Assembly: GCA_015680685.1 (NCBI GenBank)
Contig: MNCI01001083.1
Span: forward strand, 301,989-365,988
Length of the DNA stretch: 64,000 nucleotides
Origin: Gnetum montanum
Taxonomy: Eukaryota; Plantae; Gnetophyta
Direction of reading: 5' to 3'
How positions within the stretch are numbered: position 1 is the stretch's first letter; every line of letters begins with the position of its first letter. The notes under the pieces were generated by a model. The model saw only the letters and a list, made by a program, of their open reading frames with translations, made no database searches and had not been told where the DNA came from. This document shows, piece by piece, positions 1 through 14,588 of this stretch. The position numbers and the translations under genes were made by a program.

Positions 1-1230
1 CATCTCAAATTTCCACTACTAGAATTGCTATGATTTTGATAGATTGGAAAGAACATAATATAACTGTAGCTTCTAGATATCTTTTGTAGTACTTTATTTT
101 TCCCAATCATAAACATTTTCTAATGTTTCCAAAAAATACAAATTTTATTAGCTTATTCTTTGTAAAGTTAAGATAACCAAGAAATTATTTTGCTACCTAA
201 GATTCCTTCACATTGGATGTTAAGTACTACATACTATCATCATAACAATGGTCATCATATCCTCCATCAGCATACTTGAAGGATCCAGATGAGCTCCTTA
301 ATAGCGATCTTCACATTTTTCCCTACATTCACGTGTCTCATGTTGCATCCTCATCATACTCATCTCCAAATCCATGGTTATCTTTGATGTCTCATCATAT
401 GAAATAAGGTGAAGAAGCAACACATGATGCTTCAGTAGCAAGTTAATTTCTCTAAGAAATTCGTTTATCATATATCGAACATGTACTAGCTTGATGACAT
501 AAGCACTAAGCTCTACAAAATAGGCATCATACTTGATCAAGTTTCAACTACCCTAACATAACCAATAAAAGTCCTCCTCTATCACCTACACATACTAAGT
601 GACAATGTACTAGTAGAAAAAGGAAATTAAGAAATCTTTTCAAGTAACCTCCTACTGTATCTATTCCTTAGTCTACTCCTTAAACCTTCAGGCAGCATCT
701 AAAAATATTAGTAAGTTGGTATGCTACAAGTCTAGTCTACTAATCTAAGATACAATCCATCACATCAAATGTTTTTCTTATCTCCTCTAACCACTCAATA
801 GCTATATTAAGATCCTTAATACTAGAAAATGTAAGAGGGCCTGACTTGTAAAACTATATCACCAACTCTTTATTGATTTATTTCCTAGAATGTCTTCTAT
901 CATCACATGTATCTTCCACTGCTTTGATTCTACTATAATTATCAACCTCTCTAACGGTTAATCTACTACTACCATCAATATGTATGGTGGTTAGTACACC
1001 TATACCACTATGACTTCCAACCTCACAATTGTTGTTGCATCTATCTAGGCTATGTACTACTATAACAATTTCATTATCTATCCTATGAAGTTTATTTGAG
1101 AATCATTGATTCCTATTCCCACTAGTTATACTTGTGTCTAAGTCATTATCAATGTTTCTTCAACCTATGTACTTAGAGGTACCAAAGCCTCATCAGCATG
1201 ATGATCTTTGTCATTGAATCTCTACCTTCT
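1..1230 (-). pseudogene. gag: Decayed Ty3/Gypsy gag (Tekay/Del-like chromovirus); element continues off the left edge
   Basis: Minus-strand translation of ~350-660 gives EVT*KDFLISFFY*Y...LIKYDAYFVELSAYVIKLV..MINEFLREI, resembling Tekay gag (TWEDF...F..L.QG..TV.EYEAKFTELSRYA). Degenerate zinc-knuckle-like remnant near 75-125. Confidence 0.6.
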
Positions 1231-1312
1231 ATACATACCTAATACCTACAATCATAGAGGTGAGTACCACAACATTCCATAATAATTGAAATAACCTACT
1301 TTATTATCACTC

Positions 1313-3030
1313 TATAACATCCCAAGCATTCAACGTAAGTCTAGTTCAAGTAAGGATTGAATGCCAATGCAAGCATGTAAATCAAATCATTGAAATAGAT
1401 AATTGAATTACATAACTTAGTAGAATATCATAAATCACATTTTAAAAATTGCAAATACACATAACTGTATTAGAATGGTACATACATATATACAATCAGT
1501 ACATATATAATATTATCCTCTAATAGTACTATACATCAAAGCATAATTAATGCAAATACATAATAAGCTTATATTACAAGCCATCATTTCATATCAAGCT
1601 ATATGTCTAACACATGTTCTATCACTCTATATATCATATAAATACTATGCATAAGTCATAGCTCATAATCATTCAAACCTTATACCATTTAAAAATACAT
1701 GCATTAAATGTACAAAAATATATAATAAGAAGCATACAAATATAAAACCAAGGTCTCCATCACCTCCCTCATACCTACTTGCCTCTTGAGTGTTGTTGCA
1801 ATAGTAGTGACTTTCATGAAATAGTAAAGGACTTGGATTATGAGATTTACTTCTTTGCATGATATCCCATAACTTTCAAAGATCGATATATTCATGTGAT
1901 AAGATTGAGCTAATATCTATGATGAGAAAAAAGGTACCCCCTACACCCAACCATACAAATGACAAGCATTCATGCAAGATCCAGTCAAATTCCATGGATG
2001 GAACTAGTTGTGACATCTAGATCATTATGCCTTGATCATAGTTCATTGTTCTCCCACTTGGACTAGTGGTAGATTTTTGACATATGATTTAGTCCAAAGT
2101 GATGCATATGATTCTTGATGTTATTTCAGCCTTATGCTACTCCTAATGATAATAAATAAATAAATTATTTAAACTAATTAACAATGGAAAGTAATGTCTA
2201 AACTAGCCTATGGATGATGAATGTCCATTCCCAGCTTACCATACACATCCTAAACCCATGTATCTACTACTAAGATTACTAAACTCTATGCTACTAGGTG
2301 AACCAAGTAATAATGTTGTTGGGATTACCAAGTGAATACATGTTTATGCCTAAAACTAGTTGTGCTCATTCTGCCAATTCATTAATATGCATGGAAACAT
2401 AAATATTCAATAAGTACATGAAACCTAAATTGCATGGAAAGTAAATTTAATCTAATTCAAAGTGTTGCAATGAATAAGAATCAATCTTGATCTTATTATC
2501 ATTCATAGAATGTGTCTAGGTACATTGCCACTCAAATAAGATGTTGTACAACTAACTCAAATCCACACTGCAGGCACTCACTAACTGTTCTCTAAGACTA
2601 CAAAATAAAACTACAAGAGTTTAGCTACTTTATTAACCAAATAGTACTAATACATAATGGGACCATGAGTATTTATAGGCAAAAATAGACACTATGTTGA
2701 CAAGGCCTCATTAATGCATCATTGCATGTGTCGAGGGGCCTCATCAATGCATCATTTCATGCATCGACAAGGCCTTTTCAATGCATAATTTATGTCAACA
2801 ATGTTCCATTAATGTAGCCTCATCAATGTGGCTAAGTTGAGGTAGCTGCTTCGAGGTAGCTGCGTCGATGCAACCACTTCAAAGTGGTTACCTTGAAGTG
2901 ACTACGTCGAAGCAGCTACATTGAAGCAATTGCCTCAAAGTAGCTACATCAAAGTAGTTACATTGAAGTGGCTATCTCAAAGAGGCTATGTTGATGCAAC
3001 CAACTGATGCTTCATCAATCTATCACATCA
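1313..3030 (-). repeat. Probable 5' LTR of the Tekay-like element (right boundary uncertain)
   Basis: The + strand reads actttattatcactc-tataacatccc at 1298-1323, consistent with decayed gctctgatacca (tRNA-iMet PBS, minus strand) followed by tgtaacatccc. Minus-strand TATA (gcctataaata) at ~2670-2680, with tandem arrays upstream of it. Confidence 0.45.
2700..3010. repeat. Tandem arrays in LTR U3: ~3 x 33 bp, then ~13 x 14 bp (consensus gaagtagctacgtc)
   Basis: Units read directly, e.g. gaagtgactacgtc, gaagcagctacatt, aaagtagctacatc, aaagtagttacatt, gaagtggctatctc. Confidence 0.85.
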
Positions 3031-3199
3031 TATTTATGTGTGAAAAGCAATCCTAAACAAAGGTAAATTTCAAGGTAAGTTTTTGGTGATATGTTGTGAA
3101 CATTAAAGTCTTTGTGATCAAATTCTAATCTATTAATTATATAAGCTCATAAATTTTGAGTTAGTTCGAGGACCTAGTTTTTTTTATTATATCCAACAT

Positions 3200-4870
3200 C
3201 ACATGAAATAGTTGAATTAGCTACAAAGATAGAGCTTTTCTGAGCTTTACCTAGCCAAGGGGGATGCTTTTTCAATTTGTTATTAGAATTAACATCATCA
3301 AAAAATGAATTTATAGAGCTTAAAAATCAATTTCATCTAAAAGAGAGGTTAGCATTGGAACAAATAGTTAAGCATAGAAAATGACAAGACTCATCATTTT
3401 AGAAAAAAGTCTTGATCCAAAGATGATTTAATTTTCCCAGCTCATTTTAAGTGGATTTATAGAACCAAAACTTATCTTTACAAATAATTTATAAAAAAAT
3501 TTTATGAACTATGATTAGCTTAATTGATGATAAGAAAAGAAGATTCATTAAGTACAATTGCCACATAAGTTCATAGAATCAAAAATTGGCTCTACAAAAT
3601 GATTCTAATTAAGTTAGCTTTGAAGGATTCAAGCATAACAAAAGACTAAAAATAGCTTTTTGTATGTGAATTGTTTTAATATCTTATGAAGTGGATCAAT
3701 AGAACCAAGAATTGATTCTAGAAAATTCACAAAGAATGGTTCTATCAAGTCAGCATTCTTCATATGAGAATATTTGTATGGTTGAAAAATATTTCTATAA
3801 AAAGGCTCTATAAACAAGCTCTTAAGTAATTTCTTACTCTGACAAGTCAATGATCAAAGTAACAACACATAGAAGTTTGATTATGTGATTCATAGGACCA
3901 ACCTTCAATTCTACAAGCAAGTATGAAATTGATTCTACCATATGAACTCCTATGTAAAACAATTATATAGAACCTAGATTTAGCTCTATGAATAAGTTTA
4001 AAATTAGTTCTACAAGCCACATCATAATTTAAGTAAAGAGCTTAAAATGAGGTATTCTTTATAGAATTGAAAAATAGTTCTACAAGAAATTCACTTTTTA
4101 GTTCTATCATGTCAAATCATTATGTAACAAAGGATTCATAAAACTAAAAAGTGGTTCCATGAAAAGGCTCTATAAACTAAGAATTATGCTAAAAACTCTC
4201 AAGAAATGTTATAAACTTACTTCCATTTCAAGAAATATTAGTGATTAAATTGACGTCATGTGTCATGATGTGGAATTTTGTTTACATGGCTCATAGAACC
4301 AAAATTGGTTCTACAAGTATGAAAGTATCTCTATCATATTAGCTCCTTTGTAGAATGGTTTTATAGAACCCATATTTGGCTATACATACAAGCTTAAAAT
4401 CAGTTCTACAAGCCACATCATTAGCACATAGCAAAATAGGTTTTTATGAGGAATCAAACTTTGGATTTTACCTTTTCAAAGTTAGCATTTAAAGTGATGA
4501 TCAGAGGAACTAAAGTACGTGGCTCTTAGAACTTGAATTAGGCTTCACAACAAAGCTTGTGAAGTAGTTCTATCATATCACCTTTAGAAAAAGGGCATCA
4601 CTCATGGAATTAAAATTTTGTTCTACTAGTGAGAGTGAAAATGGTTCTACCATATCAACTTTGGAGAGATAACATTGCTCATAGAGTTAAATTTTGATTC
4701 TACAAGAAAGTACATAAGTGGCTCTACCACATCAATTTATATAACTAGTTTATGAATCCAAAATTTTGTCATAAATGGACTTAAAAACTAGTTCTATGAA
4801 CCACTTTGACTTTAGAAAATTAATTAGCTCATTGAAAGGAAATATCACAACATAAATCTATAGAACCTAT
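3200..4870. repeat. Degenerate array of palindromic motifs (tcATAGAACC-aaaatt-GGTTCTAcaa), about 14 copies
   Basis: Copies near 3458, 3571, 3699, 3890, 3965, 4059, 4136, 4291, 4362, 4523, 4602 and 4679. The best copy is tcatagaaccaaaattggttctacaag at ~4291. Extra gttctac half-sites lie between copies. Confidence 0.75.
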
Positions 4871-5723
4871 TAGTCCAAGATCAGGGGTATAGTGAGTATA
4901 CCTAAAGTAATCATACAAGAAATAGACCAACAAGACATGGGCACATATACAACCATAGAAAGGGACTTGCATACATATATGATACCATTCCCTAAAGAGA
5001 GCTAAAAGGAATTCCTACTTTAATGCATCTAACCCTAAGCCATAGTCCAAAGAGAAGGATGGTGGCATGAGCCAAAGAGGCAAAGCCTCCCCAATAAGGA
5101 ATCAAGGCCATGTAGTTCTTTGATGATGGTTAAAATAGCATAGAACCTATAAGGATCTTCACACTCCTCTAGTCCCTATTTCAAAGGGAAATAGTCCTCG
5201 ATCCATCAATAATACATGTTTTCCTACACTTTTCCCCACTTGATAGATGTAATTTCCTAATAAATTAATTCTTTATCTATATGCTTTTCCTAAACATGGA
5301 GAACATATTGTATATTAAGGATCATTGAACAATTAATAATCCTTCTAACCATTATAGATAAGAAGGTCTAATAGATATAGTTAATCAACAATAAAGTATA
5401 AATATTGAACTCAACCTAACATCTAACATATTCTTAGAGATAATTGTATAACTTGTATTTTCTCTTTTTTGTGCAAACTATACCAACATTTCCATCTAAA
5501 CCACAAACTACTTGCTTAATATGCAAGATAGTCTTCTACCTCTAGTAGTGATATGATAATATAGAGTTGATCCTTCATGACCACTGGAAGACTACTTTGT
5601 ACCTTAGGGGAACTACACCCCATACCTAGTAGTAGCCTAGCACTAGCATGTGCATGGATCTTTAGGACTTTAGCCTTACTATGACAATTACCTAACTTCT
5701 TCATTAAAAGGAAAGACATACTA

Positions 5724-8700
5724 ATTATCCTTCCCTCAAAAGTGATTTGTCTCAAATCTAGTTACTGTCATCCTAGCTATTATAGTTTCACCAATTTTCT
5801 ATTCATAAGAAATAGGATGACCTCCTTCAAGAATTTACTACCTCAAGTTGGATATCCCTATACATCTGTAAAGGTAAATCAATGTGCTTCTTTCTACAAA
5901 ATTTTGCAATAAACAACTATACATTCTTCAGATTTTTCCACTTCTCCTAGGTATCCTCCTCTAAGGATGTGTCTTGATAATGTGCCAAGAACTCCACCTT
6001 CTAATTAGGAGCACATCTAGTTATGTGCACGTTGATTATTAAATGAATCCATCATTCTTTCACAATTTTAATTTTTGGATATCCTCAAGACTTCAATGTT
6101 GTTAGATTAGCATCAAAACATGAAATAAAGAATGATATTTAGTCAAATATGCTAGCATCTAAAACCTATATGCAACTAGGTTTACATGAGGGAAAACCTT
6201 GAAAGGCCTATCATAGTGCCTTAATAGCTTTTGACTTACCTCATTCTTTGGCATCATAGGCCCCACATAATCCATCTTCAAAAGATCTCACTCTCTAACA
6301 TCAAACTCCAACAATCTTTGTTTGTGATCAACATACTATTTCATATGCTAGAAAACATTTTCCAAGTATAGCCTAACAATTTGGATATGATCTTCCTCAG
6401 ATTTCATGAACTTATTGACTAAAGGATTAATATCTTGATGTGATATTTCGAATAATTGAGGTACTAATGGTAGTCTCCCTAGGGTTAACTCTCCTAAAGA
6501 GAATCTTATGGTTGAGTTCTTATAAATGTTAAAACTAAACTAAACCATAGGTAACATAGCCATCCAGTTTATTTAATCAAACTAGTTGAAATGCCTTAAG
6601 TATCCTTCAAAAATCCTATTATCCATCAGGTCTATTCATCTATCTTGAGATGATATCTCAAAGACATCTATAGTTTCATATCCATTATATCAAAAAACTT
6701 CCACCAAAAATCCCCCATGAAACATAACTCATGATTAGATACAATCCTTGATAACAACCCAAAGTAGTGAATAGCATTGTCAAAGAATAAAGATATTACA
6801 TTCTTAGTCATGCAAGATGTTGCACACAAAACATGTTGCACAAAAAACGAAAATGGCACACTTAAAGAACTTATCAACAACTACAAGGATGCTAAAAACT
6901 CCATACATTATGAGGATCTTGACAATAAAGTCCATGAAAATAGGTATTCATGGAAGCTTTAGAATCTCTAAGGGGTGGATCAAACCCTCTAGTTTCTCAT
7001 TGGAACTTGTGTTCTTGGCAAATCAAATAACTCCATAAGAAAATTTCCACAATCTCCAAGTTGCGCTAGTAGAAACTTATTTCCACCAATATTACTATTC
7101 TTTTAATTCTTGGATGACCTACCCAAAGGAAGCTATGATATTTATTAATGATTTTAGAATGCAAGACATCATAGTTTAAAACATTGATTCAATTTTTTTG
7201 AACATGATCAGGTCACTCACTTTACCAAAATTCAATTCATCATCACGAAGGACCAACTTCAACAACTCTTGATCATACTAATCATGATACAATTTGTTCT
7301 TAATTCTCTCTTAGAGTTCATTATCATCCATCACCCAAGAGCTATTGGTCTAATCTACAATCTCCATTAAACATACCTAAGCATAGTGGTTCAAAACATT
7401 TGCCACTGCATTCTTTCTACCTAACCGATAAACAAACTAAATGTGAAATTCTTATAATAAACTCAACCATTGAGCTTCTTTTCACTTCAACTTAGATTAA
7501 GTTAGAAAGTAGCTCATGGTAGTATTATCCATTTTGAATAGCATGGGACCACCTAAGAGATAGTGTAATAATTTATGAAGGTAATGCATAATGATGAACA
7601 TCTCCTTTTCATGCGTCAATCACAATTGTTCTATTAGATTTAGCTTCTTTGATTCAAACGTCACTAGATGATTATCTTCCAAGAGTGCTTTACCAATGAT
7701 CTCATCTAAATCATTACTATGCACTTAGAATGGGTTATGAGAGGCATCCTAATCTTATCAAAATCTTCTAGTAACTTATTACTTCATACCCAAGGGACAT
7801 CTTTCTTTTGTAAATTGGTCAGGGTTGCTATCATATTAAAGAATCTATGGAAAAACTTTCTATAATAACTAGCCAACCCTAAACTTGGTGTAGCTCATGT
7901 CCATCTTTTAGAACAGGCCATGTGGCAATGGCATCCATCTTCTTTGAATCTAGTTTCATCTTGCCTCTACAATGATGTGGCCCAAGAAGTCTAACCCTGG
8001 CTTCCTGAAATTATAATTCTCTTACTTAACATACAAATTGTACTCTCATAATTTGGAGAATATTAGGTCCAAATTTTAAATGTGTTAATCCTTATAATGG
8101 ATTTATAAAAGGGTTTCATCAAGGTATGCTACCATGGACTTGTTAAGGTATATGTAGAATACCTCATTCATGAGTATACAAAAGGTGGTAGGAGCATTAC
8201 ATAACCCAAAAGTCATGACCATTCACTCATATGAGCTGTAATACATGACACAAACTATCTTCTATTTATCACCTTTCATGATTTACATCTAATAGTAATT
8301 TTTTCAAAGATTACATCAAGAGAAAACTTAAGATCCTACTTGCTAGTCTAACATGTCCAAAACCAAAGGTATTGAATGTTTATTCTTGATGATATACTTG
8401 TTTAGAAGCTTAAAATCATAACATAACCTTAACATATCATTCTCCTTTTTGATGAATAACATTGAGGCTTCATATGATGATTTGGAAAGATAAATGTAAT
8501 AATTTTCAACTAAACTCATCAACTAATTTTTTTAGTTTTTCTAATTCAAGAATATTCATATTGTAAGAATGTTGTCTAGAGGGGTAGTTCCTAAAAATAG
8601 TTCAATTTTATAATCTATACCCATTTTTCCAATAGTTCACCTAGAAACTCTGCCAGCATCAAATCCTTATATCTTCCTAGCATATTCTCAATCTGTAAGT

Positions 8701-9735
8701 TCATCTAAGCTACATATTCATCTTCCACCTTCCTCAATATGATGAGAAATGTTAGTTGGATTAGGTCCTAAGGAACCCACTTCATCACTATTGGTAAGAC
8801 AATTTGGACCTCCTAAAGTATAATAATTACTTCTAATGAAGAGATCTTCACTGTATAGGATGATTTCTCATGAGAAATATAAAAAACATAGAGATAAAAG
8901 ATAACTAATAATTTTTCCTTCTTAAATAAATCATTTCCAAGAATGACTTGAAAAAAGTCAATGTTTAAGACTAAAAAATCCAACTTCCCACTGCACTAGC
9001 CTACCTTCACCTCTAGATCCTTTATCATTCCCATGCATCTAATCAAGAAAAACTTATTTAACTTACAAGATGTTGAATTTGGTTCAACTTACAAATTAAG
9101 AATGTAAGAAATTTCTAGTAAGAGAAAGATATGGCTGGTATCTATGTTAATGAAGGCATCCATTGTCTTTGATGAAAATTGCATTGAGATCATTTGTACT
9201 AAACACAATTTGGTTTCTTACTTCAGCTACTCTCCTTAAATGTGTTGCTAGATTATCATCAAACCTTGAGAAATCTATTTCATAATACCAAGTGTCTTAA
9301 TTTTCTATCCATTTTCATTCACCTTAATTACTTGTAATTGAGCATTTCCTAGTACCTATAATTGGTTTTTGATTGGAATTCTAAGGATAATTTTGAGTGA
9401 TATGATTTCTTGAGTAAATGAAGCACCTTACACCAAGGTTTATTGAAGGACTATTCATGGATTTTCCAAAGCGTTAGCACTTATTCCTAAACTTATTATA
9501 ATCTTCAAAAGCCTAATGCTTTCCATTACCTTGGTAAAAGCTTGAGACCCAAAGTCAAGCTTTCTTGTGCAATCCACAAATTTTGTCTCACATTTGATAT
9601 CAAAGCTTCATTTCTATCTATGTCTTGATGCCATTACTAGTTAGTAATTGGAAGGCTTGTTTATGATTGTGATGAGCATCCTTGTAAAATTACTAACCTT
9701 TGTAGCATTGTTTTGTAAGGGTTCCTTCTTTTTGC
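5724..9735 (-). mobile_element. Decayed Galadriel-like chromovirus (Ty3/Gypsy): gag remnant, PR, RT, RH, INT, chromodomain
   Basis: Minus-strand motifs: PR VKVG*CSGKLDFLVLNIDFFQVILGND (~8930-9010); RT KIVCVMYYSSYE*MVMTFGLCNAPTTFCILMNEVF (~8150-8260; Galadriel KTTCVTRYG/ATFCTLMN-like); INT FFDNAIHYFGLLSRIVSNHELCFMGDFW (6668-6880); GPF.....PVAYR-like (~6100-6210); chromodomain-like EFLAHYQDTSLEEDT*EKWKNLKNV (~5890-6000); PPT-like ttgagggaagg at ~5728-5738. Confidence 0.85.
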
Positions 9736-10248
9736 AAGGTGTGACGAGTGCCCATTTAGGTGATATTTTGGGGTTTTAAACTATGCATAAAGTTGCTTTA
9801 TTTAAAGAATATTAAAATTTGTTCATGCATAGTTTTTCCTACATAAAATTGTAACTTGTGATCTTTTTTATTTGTTTGTACAATTAGAGAGTAGTCACAT
9901 CTTTAATTGTGCAAAATTGTTAAAATTTTTGGATCACATATGGAAAATTAAATTGTGATTAATCATATGTAATACAATAAAGTTTATTCCACAAGAATTT
10001 TTATTGTATTTAATATGATTAATTAGGATGATATGTTAAATTATTTTTCTTAATTTGCCAACAGGGATTAACAAAAGGAATATAATTTAACAGTTTCATT
10101 GTAAGGATATATGAATCAGTTTGAATTAAAATTTAGCCCACATGCAATATTATGTCATTTGACTTTTTTTACATGATTTACATTGATAAAAATGCCTTAT
10201 GGTATTTTAACCTCAAATTTAGTAACATAACCATGTTTAATTATGCAG

Positions 10249-13200
10249 TTGTACAACTTGTAAGCTACTCTGATTTCACATGTGACATTCCTGCATTAAA
10301 GGGTGATAATTATAAGGTGTGGAAGGAGAGAATTCTTCTTCATTTAGGCTAGATGAACATTGATTATGCTATCCATAAGGATGAACCACTTGCCATTACA
10401 ACATCGAGTCATCCAGATGATATTGGTAATTATGAAAAATGGAAGTGATTTAATCATCTCTATGTCATGTTCATAAAAGCTAAGATCTCGGCTAATATGC
10501 ATGGTTCATTGGAATAGTATGAAAATTTGCACGTTTTGTTAAAGGCAATTGATGAACAATTTGAGTCATCAGACAAAGCGTTGGCTAGCACCTTAATAAT
10601 GAAGTTCTCTTCCATGAAGCTTACCGAAATTTGTGATGTGCATGAGCACATCATGAAAATGAGGGATATAGCAACTCAACTTAAAACACTTGAGGTTGAG
10701 ATATCACAATCTTTCTTTGTGCACTACATCTTAAACATGCTCCCACCATAGTATGAACCCTTTAATATTTCTTATAATTACATATAGAGACAAATGGTCA
10801 ATCAATGAACTAATGATCATGTGTATGCAAGAAGAGGGTAGACTTGCAATGGAAGCGAAAGAGAGTGTGCATTTGGTCACACAAGAAAAGAGTAAAGAAC
10901 AAGCCAAAGGCAAGTGGAAGGTTAAATTTCCTACATAAGCTGATATTAAGAAGAAATCCATTTGCTTTTTCTACAAAAAGAAAGGGCACATAAAAAAGGA
11001 TTGTCCTAAATATCAAAAATAGCTTGAAAAGAAAGGTACTCAACTCTTTCTTGTCTGTTTTGAATCTAATATGGTTGATGTTGGCCATGACACATGGTGG
11101 ATTGACTTTGGTTCTACAATCCATGTTATCAATTCCTTGCAGGGGGTGCAAAACCTAAGGAAGTAAGTGGAAAATGATTCTTGCATCTATTCGGGCAACA
11201 AGATGTGCTCACATGTGGAGGCAATCAGAACATGCAAATTAGTTTTAAGCAGTGGTTTTGTTTTAGAGTTGAAAAATAAAATTTATATTCCTAGTTTTTC
11301 AAGGAATTTAATTTGTATTTTAAGGCTTGTATCATTAGGATTTTTCTTTAATTTTTTAGATATTATATTTGATCTATATTATAGATCTAAACTTATTGGA
11401 ATTGGCACATTGATATATGGTCTTTTCAACATTAATTTACAAAAGGAAACTTCTTATACTTCTATGCATGTTCATGTTGGCATTAAGAGATGTGTTATGA
11501 ATGATGAATCCTCTATGTTGTGGCATCATAGATTAGGACATATCTCTATTGAGAAAATAAAGAGATTAGTAAATGATGGAGTACTTAGTACTCTAGATTT
11601 TACTAAGTTTGACACTTATGTAGACATCATAAAGGAAAAGCAGATCAATATGTCAAAGAAAGATTCCAAGAGGAGTTTAGACATATTAGAGATCATACAT
11701 ACAGATATTTGTAGTCTAGATATGGATGCATATGATCAAAAGTATTTCATTACCTTTATTAATGATTACTCACGATATATGCATTTCTACCTGCTTCATA
11801 ACAAGAGTGAAGCTTTAGATACATTTAAGGTCTTTAAGGCTGAAGTAGAGAAATAATGTGGTAATCAAATAAAGTTAGTGAGATATGATAAAGGTGGAGA
11901 ATACTATGGTAGATATACTGATGATGGACAAGCACCTAGTCCATTTGCTAAGTTTCTTCAAGAGCATGGAATTGTTACCCAGTACACTCTGTGTGGTTCT
12001 CCAAACCATAATGGTATGGTAGAAAGAAGAAATTGAACATTATTGGACATGGTGTGGAGTATTCTTAGCAACTTCAAGCTTCCTAAGTCCTTACGAAGTA
12101 AAGCTCTCAAGACAACGGTGTATATATTAAACCAAGTTCCAACCAAGGTGGTCTCAAAGACATCATTTGAATTATGGAAAGGTTGGAAACTAAGTTTGCG
12201 ACATATACATGTTTGGGGATGCCCATCTAAAGTAACAGTCTATAATCCATAAGAAAATAAGCTAGACCTAAGGATCATAATTAGGTATTTTGGTGGATAT
12301 GCTAAACAATCTAAGGGATATAGATTTTATTGCCCATCACATACTACTAGGTTTGTGGAATCAAGGAATGTTAAATTTCTTTAAAATGACTTGATTAGTG
12401 GGAGCAGTAGATCTTGGAACACTGTTCTTGAGATAGATCATATAGATGCTCAACCCACTACTTCAAATGATAAACTGATTATTGTGCATAATACACCTAG
12501 AGCACAAATGCGTAATGAACAACAACTAGTCATTGAAGTTCCACAAACTACTGATCAAGAAATAGTAGATCCAATTGGACAATAGATATGAGAACTTGTT
12601 GAATAGCCTTTTGAACATCATGATCCTCGAATGATGAACCAACATTAAGAAGATCTAGTAGACTAAGGCAATCAATGATTCCTAGTGACTATATGGTGTA
12701 TCCACAAGAGTTTGACTACAACATGAGAGTCAAAAATGATCCCAAAACATTTTTAGAATCCATGAGTTATAAGAAATCTAACTTGTGGTATGATTTCATA
12801 AAAGACAAGATGAACTCTATGTAATCTAATGGAGTCTGGGATCTTGTAAAGTTGCTTAATGGTGTAAATGCCATTGGATGCAAATGGGTCTTTAAGACTA
12901 AGAAGGACTCATTAGGAAAAATTGAAAGATATAAGGCCAGACTTGTCACTAAAGGGTTCACTCAAAAAGAGGGAATAGATTACAATGAGACCTTTTCTCA
13001 AGAAGGACTACCTTCATGTTATTGTGGCATTGGTTGCTCATTTTGATCTTGAATTACATCAAATGGATGTGAAAATAGCATTCCTCAATGGTGATCTAAA
13101 GGAAAAGGTTTATATGAAACAACCTAAAGGATTTTCCTCTAGTGATGGTAAGCAATTGGTATGCAAGCTCAAGAAATCCATATATGGATTGAAATAGGCC

Positions 13201-14301
13201 TCCCGTCAATGGTACTTAAAATTCCATGATATCATGAATTCATTTGGTTTGGAAAAAAACATCATGGATCAATGTATATACCAGAAGGCTAGTGGCAGAA
13301 AAATATATTTCCTTGTTCTATATGTGGATAATATCCTTCTTGCAACCAATAATATTGGATTTCTATACAAGGTGAAACGTTTTCTCTCTAAGAATTTTGA
13401 CATGAAGGATATGGATGAGTCATCTTATGTCGTTGTCATTTAGATCCATAGGGACAGTTCTAGATGTATTCTAGGACTGTCGTAGGAAACCTATATCAAT
13501 AAAGTTTTAGAAAGGTTTTGAATGAAATATTGTTCACCAAGTATAGCACCCATTATGAAGGGTGATATGTTCAATTTGAACCAGTGCCCTAGGAATGATT
13601 TAGAGAAAAGTTAGATGAGCAACATTTTGTATGCTTTAGCTGTTGGAATCCTTATGTATGCTAAGGTCTGCACAAGACCTGACATTACATTTGTTGTGAA
13701 AATGTTGGATAGATATCAGAGTAATCTAGGTATTGACCACTAGAGGGCTACAAACAAAGTGATGAGGTACCTTCAAGTTACAAAATATTACATGCTTATG
13801 TATAAATGAACTGACTTCTTAGAGGTGACTGGCTACTCCGATTCAAACTTTGTTGGTTGTGTTGATTCATAGAAATCAACATTTGGTTATGTTTTTATGC
13901 TAGCTGGAGGAGCTATAGCCTAGAGGACTAGAAAGCAAACTTTGGTTGCTACTTCCACCATGGAGGAAAAGTTTGTTTCTTGTTTTGAGGCTACTTCACA
14001 TGGTGTATGGCTAAAGAGTCTCATATTAGGGCTTAGAATTGTGAATTCTATATCTAGGCTATTAAAAATGTTTTTTGATAATTTAGTTGTTGTCTTTATG
14101 ACTAAGAATAATAAGAGTGGTAGTTGAAGTAAACACATCAACATAAAGTACTTAGTCATAAGGGAACACATTAAGGAAAACAAAGTGGTCATTGAGCATA
14201 TATGCACTAAATTAATGATAGCCGATTCTTTGATAAAAGGAATGCCATTGAAGTCATTTAAGGATCATGTAGTTTGAATGGAACTTCGTTCCATAATGTA
14301 A
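10249..14301 (+). pseudogene. gag-pol: Copia gag-pol polyprotein, many stops and frameshifts
   Basis: gag WKERILLHLG, KAIDEQFESSDKALASTLIMKF; zinc knuckle ~10960-11010; PR WWIDFGSTIH; INT LWHHRLGHIS, IIHTDIC, GGEYYGRYTDDGQAP (TAR-type insert); [20 protein letters not shown]; RH KHINIKYLVIREHIK. Confidence 0.93.
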
Positions 14302-14588
14302 TTTTTTATACGTACAACTTTATAGTCTTAATGAAACTCTTATTTAGTTGTGTTGTTTTCTCATATGGTTTGCACATACAGTTATGAGAGAAAATTCACA
14401 TATGATAGGACCTAGAATGAACATTGGTTTATTCATAAAGCTAGTTATCATAAAAGAAATTATGTGAAGAGATAATGCATTCTAATACATGAAAGATGAT
14501 ACTTACATTAAGAGGAACTATCACCATGATTCATGTATTTATTTCTTGAACTTTGGACTTAATTAAATATGAAGACCAATTAGGAGAT

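Noticed and set aside
3200-4870. CRISPR array (palindromic repeats with spacers)
   Set aside because: Repeats are very degenerate, spacing is irregular, spacers share half-sites, there are no cas genes, and the context is plant retroelement DNA.
9755-10248. Intron in the TAR-like 5' region (acceptor-like ttatgcag at 10241-10248)
   Set aside because: No convincing donor or upstream exon survives the truncation.
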